Below are positions 17,963 through 28,503 of a stretch of 64,000 nucleotides of DNA, piece after piece. The DNA comes from a virus: IMG/VR virus record IMGVR_UViG_3300037845_000036, positions 33,059 through 97,058 of that record; one strand, written 5' to 3'. The number at the start of each line of letters is the position of its first letter. Positions within the stretch are counted from its first letter, which is position 1. Made by a program: the position numbers and the translations under genes. Below the pieces are notes generated by a model. The model was not told the DNA's origin, did not search any database, and saw only the letters and a program-made list of their open reading frames with translations.

Positions 17963-18774
17963 GTGTGACCCACCGATGAATTGGCAGAACCCACTGGGCC
18001 GCGTAGGCTCTTCAAATGCTTAATGACTCTGCCCCGCTGTTCTTTTACAAACCTGTCCAAAATCTCATGGCCCAGCTTCATCATTTTTTCGTGTGTAGTG
18101 GGATACGCGGCTACATCTTTGGGCGAAGAATAGTGTTGTCCGATACGCAGAATATCTTCGGGCGGCACTATGATTTCGCCGTCAGCGCTCTGTATCGGCA
18201 CTTCCTCTTTCTCCGCTACGCCACCAGCCGCCAAGGCCGGAGAAATAGGTGCGGCCTTTGTCCCTTCCATCATTCCCTGCATCAGTTCTGGGTCATGCGG
18301 CGGTGCGGGTGGTCCCCTATGCCCCGATGAATGGGGAGGCGATATGCCATATGGCATGGTATTCAAAATCATGTCCCATGTCTTAGCGCCAGCTAGCGAG
18401 TTGCCATCACCTAACCCAGCCACAACATCGGCCGGCAAAACATACGATCCAGAACCGACTGCGACATTGTTCTTATCGGTCCTTCCCCCTCCAAAACCAG
18501 CCGTAAACCCATAGGGGCTGATATCGCGTGCCTCGGCCCGCTCAAAAAACGGCACAGCAGGCACCGAACCACCGATATCACGCGCGATACGAATGGCACT
18601 GTTAATTCGACGATCGCCCATACCACCGTTAGCGTGAGGCACACGACGTTGTTCGGAATAGGCAATTGCCAATGCTTGTTTAATTGGTTTCTTGGCGGCA
18701 AGTTCCGTTTTTAGATTAGCCTTGAACGCCTCAAGAGAGTGAGAATGAGTCAGAGGCATTACACGATATCCCAC
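17959..18774 (-). CDS. Internal virion protein with two GxGxGxSD-IP-like domains
   Basis: GFGGGRTDKNNVAVGSGSYVLPADVV and AAGG...VPIQSADGEIIVPPE; N-terminal KQALAIAYS motif. Confidence 0.65.
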   Translation of the reverse strand: MGYRVMPLTHSHSLEAFKANLKTELAAKKPIKQALAIAYSEQRRVPHANGGMGDRRINSAIRIARDIGGSVPAVPFFERAEARDISPYGFTAGFGGGRTDKNNVAVGSGSYVLPADVVAGLGDGNSLAGAKTWDMILNTMPYGISPPHSSGHRGPPAPPHDPELMQGMMEGTKAAPISPALAAGGVAEKEEVPIQSADGEIIVPPEDILRIGQHYSSPKDVAAYPTTHEKMMKLGHEILDRFVKEQRGRVIKHLKSLRGPVGSANSSVGHT

Positions 18775-18965
18775 TCATCATCACTAACAAATATCTTAGA
18801 CCCATTTACAAATTCTATGACACGTCCAGATAAACGGAATTCACACGGAATTGTCCGTGTTACAGAACCTTCGGTATAGTACGCATCTTTATTGGGATCG
18901 CCACTTCCTTCCCTTTTCTTGAAAAGCGGCACTCCGATAGAATCAATAAATACGGGGTTATCCAT
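18759..18965 (-). CDS. Hypothetical protein
   Basis: Overlapping small ORF in operon. Confidence 0.45.
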   Translation of the reverse strand: MDNPVFIDSIGVPLFKKREGSGDPNKDAYYTEGSVTRTIPCEFRLSGRVIEFVNGSKIFVSDDEWDIV

Positions 18966-19149
18966 TTAGCGCCTCCCGCAACACGTCTGCATATTCCCGA
19001 CTAATCACGCAGCGCTTTTGCACAACCATCGCGGCTGCCATTTCGGCCTCGGCATCAGCCTTTATCGCTGCATCACTCGCGATAGCTGAGCGCAAGTTCT
19101 CAACGGAACCATGGCGAATAATAAGATCGAGGCGCGGACCCGCCATCAA
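18958..19149 (-). CDS. Hypothetical protein
   Basis: Small ORF overlapping both neighbours. Confidence 0.5.
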   Translation of the reverse strand: MMAGPRLDLIIRHGSVENLRSAIASDAAIKADAEAEMAAAMVVQKRCVISREYADVLREALNG

Positions 19150-19403
19150 CTCGTCCCCTTCGCCTCAACTGAAAGCCTGTCATCAATCGGAATCGCCGAA
19201 CCAAACAGCGGGTGCTTAGCACACCAGTCCTTTTCGCCCACGGGTGCCCAGATCGATTGAATACGCACTGTCTGTCCCGTTATTGGGGCCGGCGGCGTTT
19301 GTACTAGGAAAGGGGTTGGTGGTCGCCCATGACAATACCCCAATTTCGGGGTTTCCATGACGCAACAAGGGCAAGAAAAACACGAGATTCCGATCTCAGA
19401 CAT
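19146..19403 (-). CDS. Small Cys-rich (metal-binding) protein
   Basis: CFSCPCC, CHGRPP, DWCAKH. Confidence 0.6.
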   Translation of the reverse strand: MSEIGISCFSCPCCVMETPKLGYCHGRPPTPFLVQTPPAPITGQTVRIQSIWAPVGEKDWCAKHPLFGSAIPIDDRLSVEAKGTS

Positions 19404-19436
19404 ACAGACACTCCGAAGTGTGTACCAAGTTCTATA

Positions 19437-20195
19437 TCACGCGATAGCCCCAATCACAATCCTAGCCCACCCCGTTAGCGATTGAGTGAATGACGTAACA
19501 GCAGAAATATTGAACGCATAGACATTCCCGACAAGACTTGACCCCGGAGGCCATGCCAACAGTTGCGTTACCACGCTCCCATTGATAGCGACAGCACTGC
19601 TACTGTAGGCTGTTGGCGACGCCGTGACCACGGCATCGGTCCCACTCAATATCGCTAAGAAGATCTCCGCCGAAATGATATTCTCTCCCGGTGCCAGTCC
19701 CGGCGCAAAATCAAAGCCGTAATTTAGTGATTCCCCCTGATTTGCAACTGGCAAATCCTGTCCAACATAGCCGCCTTCTAAAATTGGCAGCGTGTAAAAC
19801 AATGGCGATGCGGGCAGCACAACGCTTTGTGCTCCGCTTGGTACTACTCCACCCGTGTACGCGGTAACACCAAATCCAGGCGCGATACCAAACCGCGCCC
19901 ATGGCATCATTAGCTGAGCGGCGCTTGTCGTTACTGAAAACGACAACGCATAATCGTTGCCAATCAGGAAATTCGCGGGGTCATTAAACGATGTCAGTTG
20001 CGATACGACGGTACCTGAAAATTGCGGGGTTACAGAGAGATGAGAACCAGGGAAATTATCAGTTCCAGAAAGCGTCCGCAGCCGAGACGTTACGGCTTGA
20101 ATGGTTTCGCTCACTCCCAATAACTGCGCCAGATCAAAACCTAATATCCGTGCGGCTTGATCTTGGAATGGCGGGAAATCGCGACCAACGTACAT
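19437..20195 (-). CDS. Fibre-tail adaptor-like protein with an internally duplicated domain
   Basis: YVGRDFP..LGFDLA..LGVSETI repeated as YVGQDLP..YGFDFA..LAPGENI. Confidence 0.6.
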   Translation of the reverse strand: MYVGRDFPPFQDQAARILGFDLAQLLGVSETIQAVTSRLRTLSGTDNFPGSHLSVTPQFSGTVVSQLTSFNDPANFLIGNDYALSFSVTTSAAQLMMPWARFGIAPGFGVTAYTGGVVPSGAQSVVLPASPLFYTLPILEGGYVGQDLPVANQGESLNYGFDFAPGLAPGENIISAEIFLAILSGTDAVVTASPTAYSSSAVAINGSVVTQLLAWPPGSSLVGNVYAFNISAVTSFTQSLTGWARIVIGAIA

Positions 20196-20437
20196 CAGGG
20201 CGTCGTATCATTGACAATAAGACCAGCGGCCGCTAGTGCGGCTAGCAAGCTAGTCAGCGCTGCTCCGCCCGTTCGCGACCCCGTAACCACCTGTGGTGTT
20301 GGCGATAATAGAGTCGCTATGTTATTCACAGACACAATCAACCGCTGAATGTCGGTATCGATCTGCTGTAGTGGATTAATCCCGAGCGCCGTATTATTTG
20401 TGGACGCGAGGCTAACCCCAGTCACGTTATCCGACAT
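20195..20437 (-). CDS. Small structural protein with fibre trimerisation-like C-terminus
   Basis: VTGSRTGGAALTSLLAALAAAGLI. Confidence 0.6.
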   Translation of the reverse strand: MSDNVTGVSLASTNNTALGINPLQQIDTDIQRLIVSVNNIATLLSPTPQVVTGSRTGGAALTSLLAALAAAGLIVNDTTP

Positions 20438-20439
20438 TC

Positions 20440-22407
20440 TCAGCCGCCTTTGCCATCTGCCTGTGCTACATATTCAATACGACCAAGCCGCCATTGGCTC
20501 CCAAGATCGGTACTCTGAAACTCGAATTGCAAACCGCGCCCTCGCCCCCGACACGGGATTGAACGCGTGCGCGCATTTATCGGATATGGCCCTTTGATAC
20601 GCGGTGCTTCTTGCGGGTTCCGATAGACATAGACCGACATCAGAACAGTTCCCGGTCCCGGCACTGGCCCGTTGCTGAATTTTACGTCAGGTCTGATCTG
20701 ACTAAAAAACGCAAACTCATCACCCTCGGCTATAGCCACGATCCCCGATAATAGGTTCGCCTTTAGCGGTACGGTATCCGCATCGTTCCCCGTTTCCTCC
20801 TGATACACCACACCAAGCGGAGTAGACCCCATCGGAGGACCAAATACATTCTGATCGATGGCCGCTGAGCGAATGCCGGGATCGCCCGATTGAAGAACGG
20901 TGTAGTCCCAAAGACCAGTATCAAGTTGCAATTTCGCCTTAGTAACCGCCCCACCCATCTGAGGGACATACCACACTACCTCGTTAAAATAGGCATTAGA
21001 AACGCAGTTCGTGTTTTGGATATTCGATGAGTCAACGTTTCTGAACACCTGATCCCAAATAGAGCATGGCAATATAGTCGGGACACCCCCAGCAGAGAAA
21101 ACATAGAACTGTTCTTTGCTCATCCAAACGACGGTGCTCCCAATGACGGCAAAAGCATGCGGCCCGATCAACCCACAATTCACAGCAATTGGCTGAAACC
21201 CCCAAATGTACGGGAGACCTTCATATTGCATGATGTAAAGGCAAATATCAGTCCAAATTACGCACCCACTGGCAACAGCGGCCCCTCCGACAATTTTATT
21301 GCCAAGCTGCAATCTAAAACTGCCCGCTTGGTTTGTCACCGTTGGCGTGAAATCCGTATAATCGCCGGCATCCGACCATCGTAAAAGTAGCGGATCAAAA
21401 AGTCCCGTCGCTGAGTTTACGGAGCCACCAACGATCAGGATTTGCTGCTGAGATGCCACAAAACCGATGTTATTTGCTAAAGGCGCGGTGGGAACTGCTG
21501 CTGCAGGCGTATTTACGCCAGTACTCGGCTGCCAAATATAAATCGGATATCCGGCGGGGATAATGACGAGAAATTCACCCCAATTGTCTAATGATATGGA
21601 TTGCGCCTCAAGACTGCTTTGCGCGCCCCCGCTAGTAGGGTCCATAAAGATGATGTTTATATTCCCACTGTTCTGAAATACGTTTTGCGTTGATATTGCT
21701 GCCGCACCCGCATTTATTGTATATACGTTACTGCTGACAACGCTCTCTACGGCGTAATTATCCTCTAGCCGCAATCCTCCCACCGTTATGGGATCAGTTA
21801 TTTGTACCGTCTGCCCCGTGAAAAATCCGTGGTTGGGCAGCGTGATCGTTACTATTTCGCTCCCAACTTGAGTCGCAAACTGCTGTACCGCACCGCCGCC
21901 CGTTACCGATATAGACGCCTTCTGCGCCGTCGTTATGCTGTAATTACCAAAACTCGTGGCGACAACAGAATATGAGCCATAAAGTACAATCCCGCCGACT
22001 GAAACTGGCTCGCGGATACGGAGCCATTGTCCCACGCTTGGCGTGTTGATGGGATCATTGATAACAACAATCGCGCTTCCCGCAACCGTATTCAGATTGA
22101 CTGAAACCAGCGCTGAGATGGTTAGGGGCGTGATGTCATAAACGTTATCTGAACTAAATAGCGATATCTTATGGCGCCCACCGATCGCGAGATAACAAAT
22201 TTGTGATAGAGCCGCCCACGCCCGCAGCGCCGTCACACGTATCCCCGACCCAGCAACAGCCTGCGTAAAATAACGAAAACCACCCGCCTTCTGCATCAAC
22301 CCCTGGAAACAACGCATATTACCCGATTGCGTCCAGCCGCCAGAATTCAGCGCGGGCGTCTGTTCAGCATTTATACCTGGGGTTAGGGTGATTGGGACTG
22401 TGGGCAT
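20440..22407 (-). CDS. Tail nozzle / packaged-DNA stabilisation protein (P22 gp10 / tubular B-like)
   Basis: LDNWGEFL, LLRWSDAGDY, NQAGSFRL, NCGLIGPHA, RGRGRGLQF, WRLG..DGKGG; beta-propeller pattern. Confidence 0.75.
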   Translation of the reverse strand: MPTVPITLTPGINAEQTPALNSGGWTQSGNMRCFQGLMQKAGGFRYFTQAVAGSGIRVTALRAWAALSQICYLAIGGRHKISLFSSDNVYDITPLTISALVSVNLNTVAGSAIVVINDPINTPSVGQWLRIREPVSVGGIVLYGSYSVVATSFGNYSITTAQKASISVTGGGAVQQFATQVGSEIVTITLPNHGFFTGQTVQITDPITVGGLRLEDNYAVESVVSSNVYTINAGAAAISTQNVFQNSGNINIIFMDPTSGGAQSSLEAQSISLDNWGEFLVIIPAGYPIYIWQPSTGVNTPAAAVPTAPLANNIGFVASQQQILIVGGSVNSATGLFDPLLLRWSDAGDYTDFTPTVTNQAGSFRLQLGNKIVGGAAVASGCVIWTDICLYIMQYEGLPYIWGFQPIAVNCGLIGPHAFAVIGSTVVWMSKEQFYVFSAGGVPTILPCSIWDQVFRNVDSSNIQNTNCVSNAYFNEVVWYVPQMGGAVTKAKLQLDTGLWDYTVLQSGDPGIRSAAIDQNVFGPPMGSTPLGVVYQEETGNDADTVPLKANLLSGIVAIAEGDEFAFFSQIRPDVKFSNGPVPGPGTVLMSVYVYRNPQEAPRIKGPYPINARTRSIPCRGRGRGLQFEFQSTDLGSQWRLGRIEYVAQADGKGG

Positions 22408-22412
22408 TACAA

Positions 22413-23123
22413 CTACGATTGGGGCGGCGTAACAATTGGATTTGGTAGGCGGCTACCCCACCCCGCGCTCGCTACACGTTTCCGCGCTTCTTCAGTAAGG
22501 CTCGGGACCATCAACCGTGCATACTCCGCCTCCCATCCCAGCGCCGTTGCGGGGTCGTTCCCCTGAGTTGACCAATTCTTCTGCCACGCGCCACCCAGCC
22601 AACACATCTCGGCCGCGATAAACAGATCCGGTAATTGATTGGATATAAATGTCCCCGTCGTGTTTTGCGGACCCAGCGTCGCGGGGCGCTGCGTGCCAAA
22701 GCACGACATCCCGTACCCTTGATCTGGCGCGGGCGCCACCAATACGGTTGCCTGATCAAGCGGTGCCCAATACGCGGGTACACTCGGCTGCGACGGGGCA
22801 GTTTCACTTGGGAATAGATTATCAAGCGTCTCACGGCTCGCGGGCAGTAGCGGTGTCCCGAATACTCCGCTCACAATCGGTCGCAGCACTTCTAAGACAA
22901 TGAATGTCCCCACGTCAGTCGGCAATATAAAGGTGCGGCTATTTTGGGTTAATTTGCCCGTATCATCCGTTACGCGAGTTGACAGCAGATCGAGATCGCG
23001 CAAGATACGATCTTCTGCAGCCAAAATTGCGGACGGCAGAATATCATTGAAGTCTGGGTCTTGCTCATACGCCGAATCTCCACACAATTGGGCCAGGGCT
23101 TTTAGGTTCTCGGCGTAATTCAC
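22413..23123 (-). CDS. Head-tail adaptor (tubular A-like)
   Basis: MNYAENL..., AEDRILRDL, PAYWA, VAPAPDQGY, PDLFIAA. Confidence 0.7.
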   Translation of the reverse strand: MNYAENLKALAQLCGDSAYEQDPDFNDILPSAILAAEDRILRDLDLLSTRVTDDTGKLTQNSRTFILPTDVGTFIVLEVLRPIVSGVFGTPLLPASRETLDNLFPSETAPSQPSVPAYWAPLDQATVLVAPAPDQGYGMSCFGTQRPATLGPQNTTGTFISNQLPDLFIAAEMCWLGGAWQKNWSTQGNDPATALGWEAEYARLMVPSLTEEARKRVASAGWGSRLPNPIVTPPQS

Positions 23124-23135
23124 TGATGACCCCCA

Positions 23136-25283
23136 CTACCCGCTAGAGCGTGTGATGACGCCACTATTGCTCCAGAGCGCGCCGCCAATATGAGGGTCGG
23201 AAGACGGCATAGACGGGATGATAATGAAATTGGACGCCCCCACCGTAATGTAGTACCCATATACTCCCGTACTAATCAGTGCGAAATTCGTATAATCCGT
23301 CGAGTCATATTCAATTTTTGAATTAGTGCCACTGGTGTTCCCCAGATATATCCCAGCCGTCGATATGTTAGTAGAAGCGGGGATCGCTAAACCATATTGC
23401 CAATTTCCACTTACCTGGAATCCATACTGACTCGCAGTTGGGCTGCCCGTACTATTCGCGGTAAACCCATTGGCACTTCCGCCCCCCGGCGCGAACATAT
23501 TTACGCCGGATGAAAGATCGGCGGTGAAAAATGGTAATCCCCCATTTGAACCATCAAACCAACGGTACTGACCGCCATTAGTGCTGCCTAGCCAATCCGT
23601 CCACGCACCGCCACTGGGAGCGCCATTGTTCGTACCATAATTTATCTTAGTTCCGACAAAACCGCTCGCCGACCCCGGCATCACGATACCTTGAGTCGTA
23701 ACCACAGCAGACCCGGCGTCAAGCAGGCTTAGGTATTGAGTCGGACCAGCCGCTCCAAATGCGGCAGTCGCAACATCGCCACCAATATTACCCGCAAGGA
23801 AACTATACGCTAGATGTCCACTGCTGGCAGCGGCATAACTATTATCGACGATGCCCTCAACCCCGAAAAGCGTAAGCGCCTGCGCGAGACTGCCATTCGC
23901 TGCGCTCGGATTGTGTGCTGAGAAAACGTTCCCTCCGTTCCCCGCACCGTATTGGTATGCATCTGCCGTCAACCCAGAAATAATAGGAACTGGACCTTGT
24001 GTTAATACAGTGCCAATCGTAGCGCCCAATCCATATGCATAAAGACCAACGATGTTCTTAGAGGTATTCTGCCACACTCCATCATTCGGCCCGAACGTCG
24101 CGAACCGACCACCATAGTTTGTATGCGGATAGGCATATATTTTGGTATCGCTATCACTGCTTTGCACATAGAGTGTATCTTGGAATGAATTTACCGTGTC
24201 ACCTATTGTGCCAGACAACGGTAACTCAATCGCGTAAGCAGCATTCTGTGTATACGTCGGGAAGAACAATGAGTTATTTGACGGTGCGCCATTGTATATC
24301 CCAGAAAGCACCGCCCCAAAAACTGGGTTGCTCAGAGTCCCCGTGCTGAGCAATGGATAGCCAGAAGCGGCAGGAGCGGCATTCGCTATGCCACCTGTGC
24401 CGTTCCCCAACAACACAGAGAATTGGGGTAAAATCGCGTCACCCGTGCCGCCATTCGGTACAGGAAGTATACCAGTTACACCAGAGGCAAGAACCAATTG
24501 ACCAAACGCCGGATCGCTAGTGGCCCCCTGCGAAAGCAGGGGATACCCAGCCGTTCCGGGAACTGCGAAATTAACAGGTGATGTACCCTCACCCAACAAC
24601 GCAGCGTGAGCGGTAAGTGATGTGCGCCCCGTCCCGCCTTGCCCCACAATCAGCGCCGCCGAGGTATAATAAAACACTTGCCAATTGCCCGAACCAAGCG
24701 CTGTGGCGAGCGCCATATCCCCTGCGCTAGTCGTGATCGTTGAACCCCCTGGCAAAATCAGCGACGTTGAATTGTAAACAAGTTGGGTTGCCCCTGTGAA
24801 AGAGAGAAATTTAACAATCCCCGGCGGGGCGCTTGTGCCAAACGAATAAACTGGACCAGCGCCAGTAATTGTTATCAATGCTTGCGGTGCAGATCCTAAA
24901 TCAGTCGTATCCTGCGCCAATAGCGATGTAGGCAATCCACCGCCAACATTGGTCATCCATATGTTATTGAGGCTGTCGAGATACGCGATGGGCAACCACA
25001 GGCTTTGTCGATTGTCCCAAATATTCAATATGTACGTGGTGGCATTCTGCGGCGTATTCAGCCACAGCGTCCCGAGCGAGGGGTTGGCAGGCGCGGTCGG
25101 CCCCGCATTCATCGATTGCAACGCATTAATGTCGCTCGCAGCGTCACCAAAGTTCTGGCGGATCGGTGCCGCGTTGTATGGGACGCCCTGGACTGGCTGC
25201 GTCGTGTTAATTGAAGACGCGGCGTGCGCCGAAGCGCACACCGCCATCACAAATATTAACGCGAACGCAGTAGCCAGTTTCAT
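23136..25283 (-). CDS. Tail fibre-like protein with Sec signal peptide
   Basis: MKLATAFALIFVMAVCASAHA; GPTAPANPSLGTLW; VGQGGTG/VPNGGTG fibre repeats; PHIGGALW end. Confidence 0.7.
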   Translation of the reverse strand: MKLATAFALIFVMAVCASAHAASSINTTQPVQGVPYNAAPIRQNFGDAASDINALQSMNAGPTAPANPSLGTLWLNTPQNATTYILNIWDNRQSLWLPIAYLDSLNNIWMTNVGGGLPTSLLAQDTTDLGSAPQALITITGAGPVYSFGTSAPPGIVKFLSFTGATQLVYNSTSLILPGGSTITTSAGDMALATALGSGNWQVFYYTSAALIVGQGGTGRTSLTAHAALLGEGTSPVNFAVPGTAGYPLLSQGATSDPAFGQLVLASGVTGILPVPNGGTGDAILPQFSVLLGNGTGGIANAAPAASGYPLLSTGTLSNPVFGAVLSGIYNGAPSNNSLFFPTYTQNAAYAIELPLSGTIGDTVNSFQDTLYVQSSDSDTKIYAYPHTNYGGRFATFGPNDGVWQNTSKNIVGLYAYGLGATIGTVLTQGPVPIISGLTADAYQYGAGNGGNVFSAHNPSAANGSLAQALTLFGVEGIVDNSYAAASSGHLAYSFLAGNIGGDVATAAFGAAGPTQYLSLLDAGSAVVTTQGIVMPGSASGFVGTKINYGTNNGAPSGGAWTDWLGSTNGGQYRWFDGSNGGLPFFTADLSSGVNMFAPGGGSANGFTANSTGSPTASQYGFQVSGNWQYGLAIPASTNISTAGIYLGNTSGTNSKIEYDSTDYTNFALISTGVYGYYITVGASNFIIIPSMPSSDPHIGGALWSNSGVITRSSG

Positions 25284-25552
25284 TTCTTAGGTACCGCGCA
25301 CCCTGGCGCGTCACCGCACCATCCTTTCCAGTATTTGGCTGTTTCCTCAGCTTGCGCACGTGCCGAATTGGCGCTCAACATATAAGCGCGCAACCTCTCC
25401 ATGACGTGCTCTTGCTCATTCATGTACGCCTGCCACTCAGCGCCAAGTTGCGCTTGAGGATCGGGGGCTTGCGGCGCCAATCCCTGCGCCATCACCAACG
25501 CGGGAACCGCAACCAATATCGGCAACAAAATCGAAAGCTTCATCCGCATCAT
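25280..25552 (-). CDS. Small secreted coiled-coil protein (possible fibre chaperone)
   Basis: Signal MKLSILLPILVAVPALVMA; C-terminal Cys pair WCGDAPGC. Confidence 0.55.
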   Translation of the reverse strand: MMRMKLSILLPILVAVPALVMAQGLAPQAPDPQAQLGAEWQAYMNEQEHVMERLRAYMLSANSARAQAEETAKYWKGWCGDAPGCAVPKK

Positions 25553-25561
25553 TTAGTTCCT

Positions 25562-27088
25562 TTAGTTGCAAGAGGTAACAATGCCATTCACGATGACAAG
25601 ATTCGTAAAACCTATATGAAAAGTGCATGAAGCGCCAGTCGCCAACGCTAGCGTTCCACTAGCGGCGGGAAACGCAATGCTGTAATTCGTAGCGCTGGCA
25701 TTCAGGGTGGAAATTGCTGTATATCCCATCGAAGATCCGAAAAGATCAATAGGCATCGTTGCCGAAATAACACCGTTGAACGTCGCGGCACCATCTACCG
25801 TCAACGGCACATTCAAGATATGCACTAACCCTGTACCAAGCGCGGTGATATTAAGATTTTGATTCGTATCGCAAGTGCTTTGCGGTTGAATTGAAGCGGG
25901 GATCGATGTGGCACGCGCAAGAAACAGAATATAATTGCACGCGGTACCGATAGAGTTGAAATTTGCGACCTGATTACCGAGATAATCGTAAACTGCAAGC
26001 GCATTGCCGTTTGAGCCAGTCAGACGGCCGTTCACCAAATCAAAATTCAAGCCGCCATTGCTCAAAAATACCTGTGTGCGTCCAGCTTCGTCGAGAATTT
26101 CGTCTATATATCCATTTTTCCACGCCTGCCCTACTCCCCCGAGATTCCAGATGTCCCCAATCGCGGGAGTAAATGCCGGAAGTGACCCATTTATGGCTAC
26201 TATCTGAGGCGTCCCGTTAACATATACCGACCAATCGCAATCACCGTTCTCTGCGCCCGCAGTAGTCGTCGCCAAACCGCAATTCTGCACGACTCCATTG
26301 ATCTCTGTGGACGCAGCATTGGGCGATGTCCACGTAATCGTTCCCGCCGCACCGTTCATCACTGTATAATTCGTGGCGCTACCGTCAAAAAATGTGCCGG
26401 TCATCGCCAGCGTATTCGACCCGAGTGATGCGCCCCCCAGAGCCAACGTCGTAAAGGCCGGATTAGGACTAGGACCGACAAAGCCAACCTGCCAGCGACC
26501 GCCTCCGAGAGAAAGGGCGATAGTCGAGCTATTAGCCCGCGGTATGTAATTCGCCGAACCCGGCAACTGCATATACGTTGCGTTGTAAACAAGCGTGGGC
26601 GAACCAAGGAAAATCAAAAATTTCATCACGCCAGCGGGCGTAGACGCACCAAATGACGCAATCGATTGCGAGCCAGTTATCTGCACCGCTGCTTGAGGAA
26701 CAGACCCCAAATCCGTTGTCGCCGCACTCAATAAACTCGGAAGTGTCCCGCCCCCTACAGGTGGCTCCCAAATTCCCGTCGATGAATTGATGGACGCGAT
26801 TGGTACCCAGGAATTTGATGCGGGTATCCATATGCTAAGTGCATAAGTGACTCCGCTTGTATTGAGCCATAGCGTTCCGAGCGATGGATTGGCAGGCGCG
26901 GTCGGTCCCGCATTCATTGACTGGAGCGCATTGATGTCGTTCGCAGCGTCACCAAAGTTCTGACGGATCGGCGAAGCGTTGTACGGAACGCCTTGGACTG
27001 GCTGCGTTACGTCAATCGATGATGCGGCATAGGCGGGCACTACCCCGATGGTAATTAGCGCGGTAATAATGCAACGGGTAAGGAACAC
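25562..27088 (-). CDS. Tail fibre-like protein with Sec signal peptide, paralog of 23136..25283
   Basis: Shared N-domain ASSIxxTQPVQGVPYNAxPIRQNFGDAAxDINALQSMNAGPTAPANPSLGTLWLNT; IVNGIVTS end. Confidence 0.7.
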   Translation of the reverse strand: MFLTRCIITALITIGVVPAYAASSIDVTQPVQGVPYNASPIRQNFGDAANDINALQSMNAGPTAPANPSLGTLWLNTSGVTYALSIWIPASNSWVPIASINSSTGIWEPPVGGGTLPSLLSAATTDLGSVPQAAVQITGSQSIASFGASTPAGVMKFLIFLGSPTLVYNATYMQLPGSANYIPRANSSTIALSLGGGRWQVGFVGPSPNPAFTTLALGGASLGSNTLAMTGTFFDGSATNYTVMNGAAGTITWTSPNAASTEINGVVQNCGLATTTAGAENGDCDWSVYVNGTPQIVAINGSLPAFTPAIGDIWNLGGVGQAWKNGYIDEILDEAGRTQVFLSNGGLNFDLVNGRLTGSNGNALAVYDYLGNQVANFNSIGTACNYILFLARATSIPASIQPQSTCDTNQNLNITALGTGLVHILNVPLTVDGAATFNGVISATMPIDLFGSSMGYTAISTLNASATNYSIAFPAASGTLALATGASCTFHIGFTNLVIVNGIVTSCN

Positions 27089-27099
27089 CTCTTACATCC

Positions 27100-28500
27100 C
27101 TAACAGGTATGAGTTGGGCTAGGCGGTGTGCCTACCTGCGACGGCATGAAGCCTGGCGGCCCCCAAAATCCGGGAGTACCCCAAGTCGCTGGCTGAACAG
27201 GGAACGAAACTGGCGACGCATAAACTGGGCTGTTACTCGGCAATGTGTATTCCCAACCGCAGGTAAAATTTGGATTACTGGTTTGCGGATTGCTGTCGCT
27301 GCCTGCGCTCCCCGAAGTCGAGAGCGTACCCGATGTACCATAGTTATAATAATTATTCGGGCCAATCGTACTTGTACCGCAAGGCCCAGTATTGCAGGGA
27401 TAGCCGCCTCCTGAACCACTATTGAGTTTTGCCAATATAAGCGAAGCTGTAAACGAGTTCCCGCTTGGCGTACCACTTTCATTTTGAATAGTCAGGATTT
27501 GCCCACTCGCACCCGTCGAGAGATCGCAGATATTCCCGGTCGAAACGTTATTGCTGCCGCCGTGATAGAAGACGCATGGATATGCGCTACCGCCACCCAC
27601 ACGCTCAACATTGCTCAGAATCGTGAAATTGCTGCTTAGATCGTCAATGTAGATGGCGTTCGCCCCGCCACCCGCCGATCCATCTTGCACGTAATTATAT
27701 TCAATAATTTCGCCACTCTGCGTCTGTGCGCTGTTGTTCTCCATATAGATGCCGCCACAGTCAGAGAATGCAGTCGCGTAGTTGTAGACATAATTGTAAG
27801 CAATCAGGAGATTGTTCGCCCCACCAGAGGTTTGCGGAAATGTCGCAATTCCCATACAGACTGTCGTATCAACACGATTATGAATGATCTGGCCGTTGGC
27901 CGCGTTCTGAGTAACAATCCCAGCGCTGCCCTGCACGCCAGTATCAGTGATATTTGTAACCCAGACATTCTTGATTAATGGCGCACTGCCTGTTGTTTCG
28001 ATCCCGTAGGCCCGATAATTCTCAAATACCAAACCGTTAACCGTTAGGTTATTGGCGGCAGAATAGATTCCACAACCCACCCCACTACTACCACTCGCTC
28101 CGCCATTTATGAACGCCGACAGATACCCATCGGGGGGGTAATAAGACCATATTTCGCCATTATCTGCCGTCGTCAGATCAAGAATCGAAGACAGACTTCC
28201 ATCACAATCCGTGCCAGTCCCGCTAGGCGCATAGGTACCTGCGCGGACATAGCAAGTTTTGATCGTGCTCGCGCGCATCGCTGTTTGACATTTTCCAAGG
28301 GTTTGGAACGGTGCGGCAAGTGTGCCAATATTGCTGTCACTGCCTAACGGAGACACAACAAAGCCGGGAGGCAACGGCGCAGGACGCGTGCGTGAATACA
28401 GCGACGATTTAGCGCGCGCCCCAACATCGATCGTGGCACCAGCAAAAACGGGTGCCGCAATGCCAAAGACAAAAAATAGACAGGCAACGATACGTTTCAT
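27100..28500 (-). CDS. Right-handed beta-helix (pectin-lyase-like) tailspike/depolymerase with Sec signal peptide
   Basis: VSPLGSDSNIGTLAAPFQTL, YVRAGTY, DCGGIY, AIYIDD; signal MKRIVACLFFVFGIAAPVFA. Confidence 0.75.
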   Translation of the reverse strand: MKRIVACLFFVFGIAAPVFAGATIDVGARAKSSLYSRTRPAPLPPGFVVSPLGSDSNIGTLAAPFQTLGKCQTAMRASTIKTCYVRAGTYAPSGTGTDCDGSLSSILDLTTADNGEIWSYYPPDGYLSAFINGGASGSSGVGCGIYSAANNLTVNGLVFENYRAYGIETTGSAPLIKNVWVTNITDTGVQGSAGIVTQNAANGQIIHNRVDTTVCMGIATFPQTSGGANNLLIAYNYVYNYATAFSDCGGIYMENNSAQTQSGEIIEYNYVQDGSAGGGANAIYIDDLSSNFTILSNVERVGGGSAYPCVFYHGGSNNVSTGNICDLSTGASGQILTIQNESGTPSGNSFTASLILAKLNSGSGGGYPCNTGPCGTSTIGPNNYYNYGTSGTLSTSGSAGSDSNPQTSNPNFTCGWEYTLPSNSPVYASPVSFPVQPATWGTPGFWGPPGFMPSQVGTPPSPTHTC

Positions 28501-28503
28501 CGG

